Assembly: GCA_964016885.1 (NCBI GenBank) | Contig: OZ024742.1 | Location: forward strand, 105,338,001 to 105,402,000 | Reading direction: 5' to 3' | Source: Eledone cirrhosa | Taxonomy: Eukaryota | Length of the DNA: 64,000 nt | Part shown: positions 37,965-52,222 of the stretch, piece after piece | How positions within the stretch are numbered: the first letter of the stretch is position 1 | Layout: each line of letters opens with the position of its first letter | Position numbers and translations under genes: made by a program | Notes under the pieces: generated by a model | What the model was told of the DNA's origin: nothing | The model's input: only the letters and a program-made list of their open reading frames with translations | Database searches by the model: none

Positions 37965-39560
37965 TCATCATCATCATCATCGTTTAACGTCTATCTTCCA
38001 CGCTAGCATGGGTTTAGACTGGAATTGTCCCACGTGAGGCAAGATTGGTTGTCTTGCTCGTATAGGACTGTCTGGCAGGTTTTCTACGGCTGGATGCCCT
38101 TCCTAACACCAACCACGTTTACAGTGTGGACTGGGAGGTTTTTACCGTGTTACCTACATGGCCACATTACAGCATGGACTGTGTGTTTTTTTGTCGTGAC
38201 ACCTACACGACCTCATTTATTTAGGACTGGATGTTGTGGCACCAACATAACTTTACAGAGAAAGGGGTGGTGTAGATGGGGGTGGGGGTAGGGGGATGGG
38301 GGGTATTTTTGGTTAGGAGGTGCCTACTGACTGTAGGTTTCGCTTTGTACTTAGGCAAGGCGGGTCTTCTGTATTCTGTGTAGCGCCAAAGATCTCGGTC
38401 CAGTGACATTGTCTTGGAGAGATATAAGTGTGTAAGGTCGAAATTTATCAAATCATCCCAGGTTTTTCTGGGTCTGCCTACTCCATAGCTTCCATCTATT
38501 TTGATCGCCCTACATTTTTTTATACAGCTGTCGTCTTTCATGCGCATCGCGTGACTATATCAACGTAGTCTTCTCTCGAGTAAACAGCATCTGATCCCTC
38601 TTATTCCTAATTTCTCACTTAGTTCATTTATGCTTTGCCGTTCACGTATATTACTATTACACATCCAACAGAGCATGCAAGCTTCGTTCCTCTCCAGTAT
38701 ATGCAGATCCTCAGCACACAGTGCCCATGTCTTACTGCCATGTAACATTGCTGTTCATATGCAGGCATCATACAGTCTGCCTTTCATTTTTAGAGAGAAA
38801 CCTTTAGCGGCCAATAGTGGTATAAGCTCTCTGAACTTTTTCCATCCCATTCTGACTCTATCTACTGTACTTTCAGAGCACCCTCCACCACTGCTGATTT
38901 TGTCACCCAGGTAACGGAAGGTGTCCACTATTTCTATAGAACCATCTGGGCAATGGAAGGAGCTAGTATCCTGTGGGCACTTGCTACTACTTATTGCACC
39001 TGAGCACCGGCCACATATAAAATCTATGTTCTTAGTTTACCTGTGATCCCACTACATCTTTTATGCACCCATACTTTGCATTTGGGACATAAAATGGAGT
39101 TTCTACCTACTCCTTTCCTACACACTGAGCATGGCCATTTCCCAGAGGGGACCGGTGCCCTATTTTCCTTCCTACATACTAGAATTTTAGTCTTAGACAA
39201 GTTAATTTTAAGGCTTTTGATTCTAGGCCATGCTTCCAAGTTTGGAATTTCTTCTCTAGTTCAGCCATTGATTCAAGTTCCCATGGGCAGCCGGTCTTGA
39301 ACTCCTCTGTTATAGCCTAAAGGGCAATAATAAATAGGAGGAGAATAAGGACAGAGCCCTGATGAACAGTGACTTTTACGCTAAATTCTTCACTATATTC
39401 GTTGTTAATTCTAACCTTGCTGACTGTTTCTTTATAGATGGCTTGTATAGCTCTCACGAGCCATTCATCAACACCTAGTTTTCTAAGAGCCCACCAGATA
39501 ATGGAGCAGGGGACTCTGTCAAAGGCTTTCTCCAAGTCAACAAAAGCTAAGTATAGGGGT
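37965..39560 (-). mobile_element. RTE LINE, 5'-truncated, with RT and an inserted PHD-like Cys cluster
   Basis: FVDLEKAFDRV, VHQGSVL, KWPCSVC..CPKCKVWVHKRCSG, FRYLG, GRPRKTW and a (GAT)n tail. Confidence 0.92.
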
Positions 39561-40225
39561 ATCATCATTTAACGTCTATTTTCCATTTTAGCATGGATTA
39601 TATGGGCTTTCATGATCTGAGGTTAGACTAGTGACTACGTCTTTCTAGTATGCTCCATTTGGGCTTGTTTTCTATGACTGGATACCCTTCCTAACACCAA
39701 TTACTTTACAGCACATGATGGGAGCATTTTAACATGATTCCAACAGTTGCCAATTTTACAGGTTTGATTGGGTGCTTTTTGATCTGGCACCTTACAGAGT
39801 GGACTGAGTGCTTTTCATCATGGCATCAGCACTACCATTTTAGAGTGGGCTGGTTGCATTTTATCTGAAAACAACAACAATTCTTTTTTTTTTATAAATA
39901 AAAGAAAAGAACCTGCTCAAATAAGAAGGAAAGAACTGAAAAGATGTGGACTTGATAAGTTGCAGTACAGGCAACATGTATCAGAGAGCAGTAATTCTGA
40001 ATAAAAACTAACAATAAGTAAATGGTTATCTTTAATCCTGACGCAATAACCTCCCTAGTGCAGGTGGCATGATAATATGGTTGGCTGTATTCCCCTGGGA
40101 AATCTTTTGACCTGCTTCTTTGGTTAATTTCTTTTTTTTAGGTTTTTTAATTCATTTTTGTTCTTTGTTCTTGTTTTGAGAAGAAAAGATAGTCAAATCC
40201 AGACTTCAACAAATGCATGCTTTAA

Positions 40226-40446
40226 CCCTTTAGCATTTAAACCGGCTGTATCTGGCCAAAATTCTCTCACCTCTTTCTGTTCAAACCGGCTGTAACTGGC
40301 TGCTTATACCAATGTTAAGGTATTGTTCTCAAAATAATTAATATCAACATCTCATAGATTCAATATTATGAGAGATAATTATGTAAGGTAAAGCCTTTAC
40401 CATGAAAATACAATAGTAAATATAGAATAATGTAAATTCTAAAGGG
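40226..40446. mobile_element. piggyBac-like MITE
   Basis: TTAA-ccctttagcattta ... taaattctaaaggg-TTAA. Confidence 0.75.
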
Positions 40447-42789
40447 TTAAGCCCAATTATTCATAAACTGGTAGTTATTTTATTATTCTAAGAAGGAAGT
40501 AAGTTAACCTGAGTATACTTGAGAAAAACCTCTTTTTTCTTCTTCATAAGTGTAAGGCTTAAAAGTAATAATTCTTTAAGAATAAATCCTGCCGAGGTCA
40601 ATTTAGCCTTTCATCCTTCCGGTGTCAATAAAATAAAGTACCAGTTAAGTACTGGGTTTAATGTAACCTACTTTCCCTTCCTCCTAAATTGCTGGCTTTG
40701 TGCCTATGTGAGAAAGAATTATTATTGTGGATTAACAGAATTGTTAGAATATCAGAGAAAATGTCTGACAGTATTTGTTCTGGCTTTTTACATTGAGTTC
40801 AAATCTTGCCAATGTCAACTTTACCTTCCATCCTTCACAGGTTAATAAAATGTCAATTTAATTGACTGTGTCCCCCCTCCCCCCACAACACTCCTAAAAC
40901 TGTTGGCCTTGTGCCTAAATTGGAAACCATCATTATTATCCTCATTATTAGGTACTTTAGCAGGGTTTTTATTCATAAGGGGGATAAGGCTGAAACCTAG
41001 GGGTGTTGTGAGGACTATGAACATATCAGTTTTTTTTTTTATCTGTGACATCTCTGCCTTTGGGCTCCATTGGTTAAAGAGGGCCCAACCCAACATTCTG
41101 GTGTAATTAGAACAGTGGTTTGGCATATTGGCAGAACATCAGATTAAATGATTTCTAATTTTTGGCACAAAGCCAGCAATTTGGGAGAGGGTAAGTAAAT
41201 TAAATCAAACCCCAGTACTTAACTGATACTTTATTATAATGACCCTGGAAAGACAAACGGCAAAGTTGACCTTATTGGGATTTGAACTCAAATGTAAAGT
41301 GCTGGAACAAATACTGCAAAGCATTTTATTTGATGCTTTAATGATTCTGCTAAGTCATCACCAACATCAAATGCCTAACAACATTGTTTTATTTGCTAAC
41401 ACCTACTATATTCAAATTTCTCTGGGGATTAATTTTGCTCTTAATTCCTTTGGGAATAAAAATTAGCTAATGAATAGAGAATATCATACTCCAAAAGTAC
41501 TGGTTTTCTACTTTTGTAAAAAGTCTCTATTAGAATCAATAAAAGCAGTGAAGAAAGTGCCATATTGTATTTAGTTATTTTCTGAGCTTAAATCCCACAA
41601 GGATTAATATTGTCTTATACCCTTCTGTGATCAACAATATCACCAGTGTTGTAATGGAGTCCATTTAATCAACTACACCCCTCGTCTACTCTCCCAACTT
41701 TATAGCTTTGTGTCAATGATAGAAATTATCATTATCAGAGCAGCAGCTAGAATCGTTAGAGCATCAGACAAAATGGCAAGTTTTGAATCCAGAACGGATA
41801 AGTAGGCACCACAAGTATCTTGTCTTGTACTCAAATATTCTGCCAAGCTACTGGTCTGGTTCTTTATCAACCCTAAAAAGATAAAGGCAATGTTGACCCT
41901 GGTGTGGTTTGATCTCAGCTCAGAGAGTTAGAACAAAAGCTGCTGTCATGACTCAGTCAGTTTGGTGCCATATATTGATTTTTAATTTAGGAAAATTTTA
42001 GGAGAGGGCAAAGCTGATTAAATCAACTCCAGTACTTGACTGGTACTTTATTGACTATGGGAAGATGAAAGACATAGTTGACCTCAGTGCGATTTGAACT
42101 CAGAACATAGAAAGTCATAACTAAATGTCGCAAATCATTTTGTCCAACATTTGCCAATTCACTGCCCTCAGATGCCATAATATATTAGAAACAAATAATT
42201 GTTATCAATAGAAGAGTTTCATAAGTTCAATTGGCATGAGCACTGTAGAATCCAATATTTTGAGCTTTGCCAAAATGTTAGATTCTTTGTTCTTCGTGAC
42301 AATTGTATATATTGAACTTTTTTTTATTGAATTATTGGTGCTGACACAGATATCACTGGTTTCTTTGGATTCCAGATTCTATTCTTTATCATCTTCACAA
42401 TATTAAAGCTGAGTTAGTCATTGCTAATGATTATATGTGTATGATCGATGAGTGTTCCAGTTGTTTGATTAATGGAACAGCATGCTTGAGAAATTAACAT
42501 GCAAGTGGTTGAGCATTCCACAGACATGTGTAGCTATAACATAGTTCTCAGAAAGATTCAGCATGACACAGTGTGTGATGAGGCTGATCGTTTGAACTAG
42601 AGGTGAAATTCATTTCTGCCAGCTGAGCGGACTGGAGAAACATGCAATAAAGTATCTTGCTCAGGGACACAATGTCGCTTGATCTGAAAGTTGAACTGTC
42701 AACTATATAATCACGAGTCAAATACCTCAAATCACTAAGCCAAGCACTTTCATGCAAATGCTGAACTTAATGATGGTGAACATAATCAT

Positions 42790-43120
42790 AATACATATAT
42801 AGATTTGAGTGACTTCCATCTGTCACACAATGTGTGTGTGTGTAATAGGAAGGAAAGGGATGGTGAAAAAACTATAGCAAAACAACAGTTGGCGTTCTAT
42901 TTGCTATGCTGTGTGTGAATGTATGTGTATTTGTGTGAATGTATATGCGTGTTTGTGTGAATGTATGTGTATTTGTGTGAATGTATGTCTGTGAGTGTGT
43001 ATTTTTGTGTCTGTTTGCACGTTTATATTTATATATTCATACATATAAATGTATGCATATGCATATATACACATGCACACACATATACACATATGCGACA
43101 GCATATTAAAAAAATTCTAG
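42790..43120 (+). mobile_element. Non-autonomous Helitron-like repeat
   Basis: Homologous to 58080-58415. Subterminal hairpin ATATGC-gaca-GCATAT, then CTAG|T. Confidence 0.6.
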
Positions 43121-45229
43121 TACATATATAATCCGCAGCTTCTGTTCAATATATTACTGTGTTCATAGTATTGTTCTGTTATGTTCCATCATCATTGTTT
43201 TATGTCCATGTTTCCATGCTGGCATTGGTTAGAATTGGTTAGACTGGACTTTTTAAAGCAGTGTTTTACTGTTGGATGCCCTTCCTAACACTGATCGTTT
43301 TGAATATTTCTTACGATACCTATTTTAAAAACTGGAATAAATTTTCACAACAGATGTACTAAAGCTACAGTGAGACATTGTTGATCAACAAAAATCAATA
43401 GATGCATGCCTTTTTCTTTTTTAAATCAACTAGTAATTGGTGAATTAAGACAGACATTTATTACATAAAAAACTAAACTAAAATATCCAGATGAAAATCT
43501 TTTCAATTGTTACATCTTTCTGTCTGACTACTACCACTACTACTACAGCTTCTGCATTTCTTAACCAGCTACCTGCATATTCTCTCTCTCTCTCTCCAAC
43601 TACAGATATATTTTCAGATAATTTTCTAGGAAATCTGAGCAATGTGAGGTCCTCTGTGAGCAGAACCTTGAAGCTTCAGGTCATTTCCACCTCACTCCTA
43701 ATGTTTTAAAAGGGGAAAGTATGAGCAGTCTCTCAACTTCCTGTAGTCCACAATACATTTGATTTTCTTGTTAAAGATCTGGTCATTGTTAGTTCACCAC
43801 ATCAGCATATGTCAATTCAATACATTGTTTTTTTTTTGCCAAACAGAGAGGAGAATTAAAGCATGTCCATATTTATAAAATACCACTATCCAATGTAGAA
43901 ATAGGTAGTTTCTTAACTTGCTAGAAACAGCAGTCAAACTTCCCTCAAATCAAACCCAAAGTCATAAGAAAAAGTGTATTTATAATCTGAAAAAGAAAAA
44001 GACAAAATGGTCAGAGCTGGCCTTTCTTTGATCATATATCTGTTCAAGGCTACCTGCATCCAACAACAACAAAAACTAGAACACACTGTAAACTATAGTT
44101 ATATATAGAGGTGGTCAGTGAATGATTGACCTTCATGTCTATAGGTTATTTGATATCCATATCATTTTCAAGCATATTGCCAACTGGCGTATAGTGAATA
44201 GGATTTTAGGACAAGGCTTCTCTCACATATTAAGAACTTGGTGGTGGGAAGAAACTATATTAGATGCTTTTATCTAGCTGACTTATAATCAAAGGCATTT
44301 CATCATTGACAATAATAGACATAATTTTTTCTGACATAGTGTCTGACATAGTTTTTTTTATCATAAAATGGTGGGGTGTGATTCAAGAAGAATGTTGCTG
44401 CCATTTCTAACATATAAAGGACCATATAGATGTCCTCTCAGTAACTTGCTAAAGGATCTTTTGTAGTAATTTAATTTACAGACAGGCTTGTTGTATATTT
44501 TAAGGCAGTAAAATGTCAGATAGAAGGCTTTGTGGTATTTGTTTTGGTTCTCTGCACTCTGTGAATTTAAATCCCACTGAGGTCAACTTTACTTTTCATA
44601 ATTTTTGAGATGGTTAAAAAAAGTACCAGTCCACTACTGGGATAAATTCTTTCTCTTCCTCCCTCTCTAGAAGAAATCGGCTGTGTTCAGACCTGAGGAG
44701 AGAATGAGCTTTGTCAGGTTTAAAGTGCCCAAGATATGCCATATTTCACAACAGTGCCTCTATGACTCTGTCAGGAGTTATGTATCCATACATACACTCC
44801 ATCTAAGATTCATACATTAAGAATGCTGTAGATACACAGTAAGAGACATCTCCCACCAGATTAGCTAAAAAGAGAGCTCCTGCAGGGTTGCTTGATTTGT
44901 GAGAAATAGCAGACAAATTTCCCTCAAGCTACACCATACCTTCTTTTAAAAAAGGACATATCGGATAATATACTCCAGGATGCACTATTTCTGAAAAAGA
45001 GACAGGTTGGTTATGGCTGAAATACCTTTTTGTAGGTCACTCGATCAGGAATTGTCTGGTGATTAATTCCAACAACTCCATCCTGAAGTATCTGTCCTGG
45101 TTATCAGCCAAACAAGCCTTGACATATTTATCATAGTCCTAGAGTTTAACCATGCCCTCTTACAGTGTTTCAATAGGCAGATAACCTCATTGTTCCTATT
45201 GTCTCTCCGGTAGTAATTGACCTTTGGCT

Positions 45230-45710
45230 TCATCATCATCATCATCGTTTAACGTCCATCTTCCACGCTTGCATAGGTTTGGACGGGAATTTTCCCACTT
45301 GAGGCAAGATTGGTTGTCTTGCTCGTATAGGACTGTCTAGCGAGTTTTCTATGGCTGGATGCCCTTCCTAACACCAACCACGTTTACAGTGTGGACTGGG
45401 AGGTTTTTACCGTGTTACCTACACGGCCACATTACAGCGTGGACTGTGTGTTTTTTTTTGTTGTGACACCTACACGACCTCATTTATTTAGGACTGGATG
45501 TTGTGGTACCAACATAACTTTACATCGAAAGGGGTGGTGTGGATGGGGTGGGGGTCGTGGGACGGGGGTGTATTTTTGTTAGAGGTGTCTACTGACTGTA
45601 GGTTTCGCTTTGTACTTAGGCAAGGCAGGTCTTCTGTATTACAGTGTAGCGCCAAAGATCTCGGTCCAGTGACATTGTCTTGGAGAGGTGTAAGTGTGTG
45701 AGGTTGGAGT
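45230..45710 (-). mobile_element. RTE LINE 3' end
   Basis: Near-identical reverse complement of about 25410-25880. Confidence 0.88.
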
Positions 45711-47162
45711 GTGAGGTGGCTTCTTTGTACAAAACCTTTTGACAAGTTTTATAAGTTTGCTGGGTGCTCCCACATCTTCCTCAAAACTGGTTGAAAGTTT
45801 CAGCCCATCTGACTAGATAGAATATGTCTGAGAATGAAAGATAGGATAGTCACAGCTTAAATGGCTTTGATCATAGTTTCATGAAAGTGGACCTGTGCTA
45901 AACAACAATGTCTGCTGCAGTAGATGCTACCACCACTGCTACTACTTCTAGCAACCACCATTACAGATATTACCATAAATACTGTACCAACACACTAACA
46001 CTAGGCTGCTTGGCATGCTAGAAATAGCTGTAATATCTCTTTCAAATCCTTTAAGGAGGAGGAGCATATTAGAGAATGTAGTCCGAGAAACACTGTCTAG
46101 GGGAAAAAAGTTGAGATAATCACAACTGAAATATCTTTAATCATAGGTCTGTTTGATGAGAGCTGACCTGAGGATAAAAAACAACAACCACAACAAAGGC
46201 ATTCATTGTATGATGTAGCCCTAGATATACTATCTCTGGGTAAAAGATGACCTGATTATGGCTGGAACATGTTTGGATCAGAGGTCTGTTCCATCAAGGC
46301 TATATGATACTGCCACTATTGTCATCATTAACACCACAAATACTATTACTAATATCCTCCCCCCGAATGCTGTTACTATTGTTACTACCACCACCACCAT
46401 CATCATCATCATTGATGTGGCTATTGCTTAGCTTACTCAGTTGTTCTCTACAATTCTATTTTTCTCTCCTCTCCTGACATTCCAAAATGTTGTCATTAGG
46501 GTGTTCCAAATTTTAGAATTTTTATATTTGCTTGTTTATCCTATATAGTTTACTTCATAATTTGGTGTGTTGTTGTGTGAATTCTACTTATCTTTTGATG
46601 TGTCTCGCTCTCTTTATTTTTCACTATTTCCCTTCCTCTCAGTTTTTCTCTCACGCATTCTGTTAAACCTCATTCCTTTCTCTTTCTTTATTTCTCCCTC
46701 TCCTCTTCCCTTACTCTATTTTTCTCTCTCATCCATACATGTATGTGTGTATATCATGACTCATACACTGTTCACTTTCCGGACATTTGTACATTATTCT
46801 ATGTACTATAATTGCACCTTTGATGAGTTGTTGTGCACCTGAACACTGTACATAAAAATTTCATTATTATTTTAATTTTATCCTTTCTTTTTCTTTCTCT
46901 CATCGTCTTTCTTCTTCCCATCTTCTCTCCCATCCTTACTCTCTTTTCTAGTGGTTTGATAATTAGAGAACAATATAATATGTAATAAATTGAAATAATA
47001 CACAATTAACACATGATACTATTATTCTTTTCATAAATGAAATTATTATTATTATTACTGGGGTGATGGATTGACAGAATTGTTAGGATGTTGGCTGAAA
47101 TACTTTGGACTTTCCCCTCCCCTAAAATTGTTGACCTTGTGCCTGAATCAGAAACCATTATT

Positions 47163-47196
<34 letters not shown>

Positions 47197-47358
47197 CTAT
47201 TATTATTTTTATTGTTTTTCCTTTTCCTTCAGAATTGTTTCTGTTATATGCCAAGTGTCTTCCTGACACATAGGGCAAATAAACTCACTGTATACATTGG
47301 TAAGCCAGTAACACACCACATCGATTATAATTTACAGCTTAAAAAAAAATTATTATTA

Positions 47359-47550
47359 GTATCGGTAGAGCATCAGACGCCATGCTTTGCAGCATAGAGT
47401 TATGGCCCTTTACGTTCTGAGTTCAAATCCCTCTGAGGTTAACTTTGCCTTTCATCCTTACGAGGTTGATAAAACAAAGTACCAGTAATGCACTGGGATA
47501 ATTGCTGGCCTTGTGCCAAAAGTAGAAACAATTATTATTATTATTATTAT
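47359..47550 (+). mobile_element. SINE abutting the exon 2 acceptor
   Basis: Same SINE family. The (ATT)n tail ends about 12 nt before the exon. Confidence 0.85.
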
Positions 47551-47562
47551 TGTTGTTTTCAG

Positions 47563-47730
47563 GTTTCTTGCTGCTTTGGGATATCTTCCTGTGGTCTCTG
47601 CAGTCGCTGTTGCTACCCTATCAATGAATCAACCAGTACGCGTATTATGTACACTTTGTATTTCTTTTTTATTATCCTCATTGCGTGTTTAATGCTCTTC
47701 CCCGAAGTTCAAGATGAGGTTGTGAAAAAA
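47563..47730 (+). CDS. SERINC: SERINC exon 2, VSCCFGISSCGLCSRCCYPINESTSTRIMYTLYFFFIILIACLMLFPEVQDEVVKK
   Basis: ttttcAG acceptor and GTAAGT donor, 168 nt. Cys-rich N-terminus, STSTRIMY motif and first TM helix typical of SERINC. Confidence 0.93.
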
Positions 47731-49899
47731 GTAAGTATATTATATAATGATATTTCAATATTTGCTCTCTCTTACTCATGACACACATTTATCTCTCATG
47801 AATTACGTAATTCTCAGCTTATATTCAAGTATATATGTTTTATGTGTCTTTAAATTTAGTCATTGATACAAAATGTTCATCATACAAGGTTTTTACAATT
47901 ATTGATATGTGCAAGGTACGGTGCAGCAATCTGTCCAGTCTTGGCTCACAACAGGACCACTCAGTAACATGGCTCCACTGTGAGTAAGGCTTGATGCAGT
48001 CCACTGGCCTGATCTCCCTCATAATGGGACCACCCAGTTCCAAAATTATGGTTCTGATGTGAGCAGGGTATGGTGCGACTAACTGGCCAAACCCTCCTCA
48101 TAATGATGCCTTCCAGGGCTCAACTGAGTATGGCTTGGCACAGCCAACTGGCCTGACCTCCCAAATGATAGTTCCAATGTTAGCAGGGTATGGCACAGCC
48201 TTCAGGCCAGAGCTTCCTCATAATGGTGCCATCCAGTTCCACACTGTAAACCTGGGTGGTGTTAGGAAAAGCATCCAGCTATAAAAAGCCCAGCCAAAAT
48301 ACAGTTCTGTCTGAGCAAGATATGATACAGCCAGCTGGCTAGACATGTCTCATGACGTAGGTGACCCATCTAACCCATGCAATCATGGAAAAATAGATAT
48401 TAAATGGTGATGGTGATGATAGATATCCTCTCCCCAAATTGCTGGCCTTCTTTCTATGTTAGAAACAATTATTAAACCACTGTTAGAAACATAACTTAAA
48501 GGCTTTTACATAATATTATAATCAAAGGGTTTTTTTTTTTTTTTTTTTGATAAATTATCTTATGTTCAGAGGTGGTTTCAGGCAGTTTGGTATCAAAAAG
48601 GCTAAGCTGGTGTTTGGAATATTATTTAACACAAGTTCTTACTAAAATTCTGATGGAAAGTGTTTTAGATAAATATAAACATCATATAATCAAAGGTGGT
48701 TTATATCAAATGGGTTAAACAAACCAAGTTAAACAATTGAAAGACATGACCTGTAACAGAATCTGAACTTATGTGACTCAGGTCAGAAGTCCAGTACTTT
48801 AACCACTCATAAATTTACTTAAGAAAGATCAACTGAGAAAACATTTAACAAAGATAAAGATTTATTATTCCTCTCCCATCTCCTCATTTCCTTTGCAATT
48901 CATTTTTGCCACAGTTTCAACATCTTTTGACATTCTAAATGTCATCTTCATATTTGTACTTGTCATCAATGACTTCCACTATCTTTCAGTTTATAATTTT
49001 TCTCTCATTAATGTCATTTTCTCTGTTAAACAGAAGATGCCCTTTGGTTAAGTGGTTTGTAAAATAAATGAAAAAATAAGTTTGTAAATAAATAACAGTA
49101 AATATAAATAAATACAAAAAAAAAAGAAAATCAATATGAAAGCCATCAAAGATCCTTTACTGTTAGTGTTTATATTTCAAAACTGGATGTATAGTTACAC
49201 ACTGTCTCTTTGAAAGTAGATTGAAATGATTTAAAGAAACATTTTGATACTGGACATGGCATTATCTAATATTCCTTTGAAAATAGAGTGAAGTAATATG
49301 AGTCCTTAGCTCAGCTGGCCTCCACTGACAGTACTTGAAATGGATCCCTATCTAGGGTTGATGAAATAAAGTACCAGTAAAGTATTAGTGTGTGTTGGAT
49401 CTCCATCGTTTCTGATGATGAGTGCTCCAGTTGATTCAATGGAACTGCCTATTAGTAAAATTAATGTGTAAGTGGCTGAGTATTCCACAGACACATGCAT
49501 CCTTAATGTAGTTCTCAGGAAGATTCAGTGTGATAAATCTGGCCCATTGAATTACAGGTACTATTCAATTTTGACCGCTGAGTGAATTGAAGCAATATGG
49601 AATAAAATGTCTTGCTCAAGGAAATAACATACTGCCCAGTCTAGTCTGGGAATTGAACACCAGTGAAGTACTGGGGTTGATATAATCAACTTCCCTCTCT
49701 CCATGAATTTCTGGCCTTTTACCTAAATTAGAAATCATTATTATTCGAGGTTGACTTTGCCTTTCATCCTTACGGGGTCGATAAAATAAAGTACCAGTAA
49801 TGCCCTGGGTAATTTCTGGCCTTGTGCCTAAAGTAGAAACAATTATTATTATTATTGTGGATTAACAGAATTGTTAGAACATCAGACAAACTAGCTGAC

Positions 49900-50080
49900 A
49901 ATTGATCCCAAACTCCCGCAGGACCTTCCACAGCAGTTCCCATGAAATGTGGTCATATGCCTTTCCAAGGTCTACAAAGCAGGAATATACCTCTTAGCAG
50001 TATTCCCAACACTTCTCAAGTATGAATATTTGGTTGGCTGTGCTGTGTCCGGGACAAAAACGCACTGGAGGTTCTGAGGT
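49900..50080 (-). mobile_element. RTE RT fragment
   Basis: PGHSTANQIF..EKCWEY..CFVDLGKAYDHISWELLWKVLREFG. Confidence 0.7.
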
Positions 50081-51005
50081 GTAGTGGTTATCATGACATA
50101 CTACCTGACAGTATTTATTCTGGCTCTTTACTTTCTGAGTTCAAATCCTACTGAGGTCAACTTTGCCTTTCATTCTTCCAAGGTCAATAAAATAAAGTAC
50201 CAGTAAAGTACTGAGGTTGATATAATCGACTTCCCCTTTCTCCCTATTACTGGCTTTGTGCCTAAATTAGAAATTATTTCTACAGGCACCTTCAAATAAA
50301 TTTTCAGTGTGAAAAATGTTGGTGCTCTTTTCTTGTTTGTTTTTTTCTTCATATTTAGAATAAACAAAATCTACCTACATATAATGACCTACATATATAG
50401 AAAATCTACCTACACATAATGATCTATATATAATGTACCAATGCTAGAAAGGATTATTAGGTTGTAGATTGGCAGAATCATTAGAGCATCAGATAAAATG
50501 CTTTGAGGCAGTTAGTTATGGCCCTTTACCTTCTGAGTTCAAATTCTTCCAAGGTCAACTTTACCTTTCATTCTTTCAAAGTCGATTAAAGAAAGTACCA
50601 GTAAAATATTGGAGTTAATATCAGCTTTCCTCTTCCCACAAACTGGCCTTACACCTATGTTAGAAACAATTATTGACAGTCAGATTGCCCATATTTGGGT
50701 GATTAGATTCACTTTACTTCTACCATGGTGCAGGCAATAACATCTGATAATTTCCTTATCTGGGTTTTCCGTTTATTACAGCTTTGTGGGATCTAGCCTT
50801 CTCAATACCAACCACCTCAAAATGCTTCTGTCTCTATGAAACAAAATAATTGTTTAATGAGTTCCTATTTAAATTAAAACCTTCCAACATAATTTTATCT
50901 AAGAACATTTTGTTATGTTAGAAATGCCATCGTAATGAGAGTACTTTTAGTAAATCCCTGCAAATTCTCCATTTATTACATATTTAAATCTAGGAGTGTT
51001 TGAAA

Positions 51006-51187
51006 TTTGAAAATGTGAGAATCCCAAAGGCAGAAAATAACTGTAATAACAGGCGATCACTATAAATAATAGTTGAGAAAATTGGGTAAATTAACCTTCA
51101 CTTTTCCATCACAATTTTCTCAACTATTATCTATAATGATCACCTGTCATTAGTTATTTTTGTATTTGGGGTTCTCACATTTTCAAA
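51006..51187. repeat. Diverged inverted repeat, about 73-bp arms
   Basis: tttgaaaatgtgagaa..aatagttgagaaaattg / caattttctcaactatt..ttctcacattttcaaa. Confidence 0.8.
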
Positions 51188-52041
51188 CCAAATTTTTAAT
51201 TAGAAATTTGGTAAGGAAAGGGTTAAAAAGAACTTTTTTTTATGCTAGAGTATGAACACATTGCAAATAAGAAATGTCAACTGTCTCGTTCTACTCTTCT
51301 ATGCTAACTTATAAGATATTTCTGTTATTAGCATTTTCAGAAGAAGCACTTTCAAATCTCTGAAGACTTTGTCTTTGCATTCACTTTGTGTTATATTTCT
51401 GGCAATATCTTTGGTCATTCCTTTCTGCAGACCATTCCTTAACTGCATAAAGCTCCATGACTATAGATCTAGTGGGATAAGCAGAGTTTTGTGTGTGCGT
51501 GCGCGCGTGTGTGTGTGTGTGTGGTGGGGGGGGGGGGGTCATGCTAGACTCCAGGGCTAGCAGTGGGATATTTAGCACCCTAGCCTAGCCCTACAATGTG
51601 TGCCACCTTCTCCCAGTTACATGCTCCATTTTCCCAGATAAAGTAATTTCAACAGTTTAGCAAACTGCCAAACCTAGTTTTTGACACTTCTTTCTCTGAC
51701 TACACTGAGAAAATTACTAAGCTTGTGTTTTCTACTGCACAGTCCATAATCACCTACAGTAAATCCCATTACAGGCCAAAACTCCATGCAACTCTCTCTG
51801 CCTCTTTGGATATTTCCATAATGCTGCCATGCTGCAAAGATGTTTAGTAATTTATTGATTGCAGAAAATTATTATATATTTAAGTTAATATTACAAATTT
51901 GTATAAAACTGTGATCCTTTAAGGTTCAGTAATATCTCTCTCTGAGGTCTAGACTCTAGGCAGTTTCCTAGTTAACCTAAAGGAAGCTCTGACCCTGCTA
52001 GACTATAAGGAAGACTTTGTCAACTGTCTTGCCCAGCCTTA

Positions 52042-52222
52042 TAATTGTTTCTACTTTTGGCACAAGGCCAGCAATTATCCCAGTATATTACTAGTACTTT
52101 ATTTTATCAACCCCGTAAGGATGAAAGGCAAAGTTAACCTTGGCGGGATTTGAACTCCGACCATAAAGGGCCATAACTCTTTGCTGCAAAGAATGGCGTC
52201 AGACCCTCTACTGATACTGCCA
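52042..52222 (-). mobile_element. tRNA-derived SINE
   Basis: Reverse complement of the family consensus. Confidence 0.8.

Noticed and set aside
47488-47781. 97-aa ORF as a standalone gene
   Set aside because: Its ATG is within a SINE. Only 47563-47730 is a real exon.
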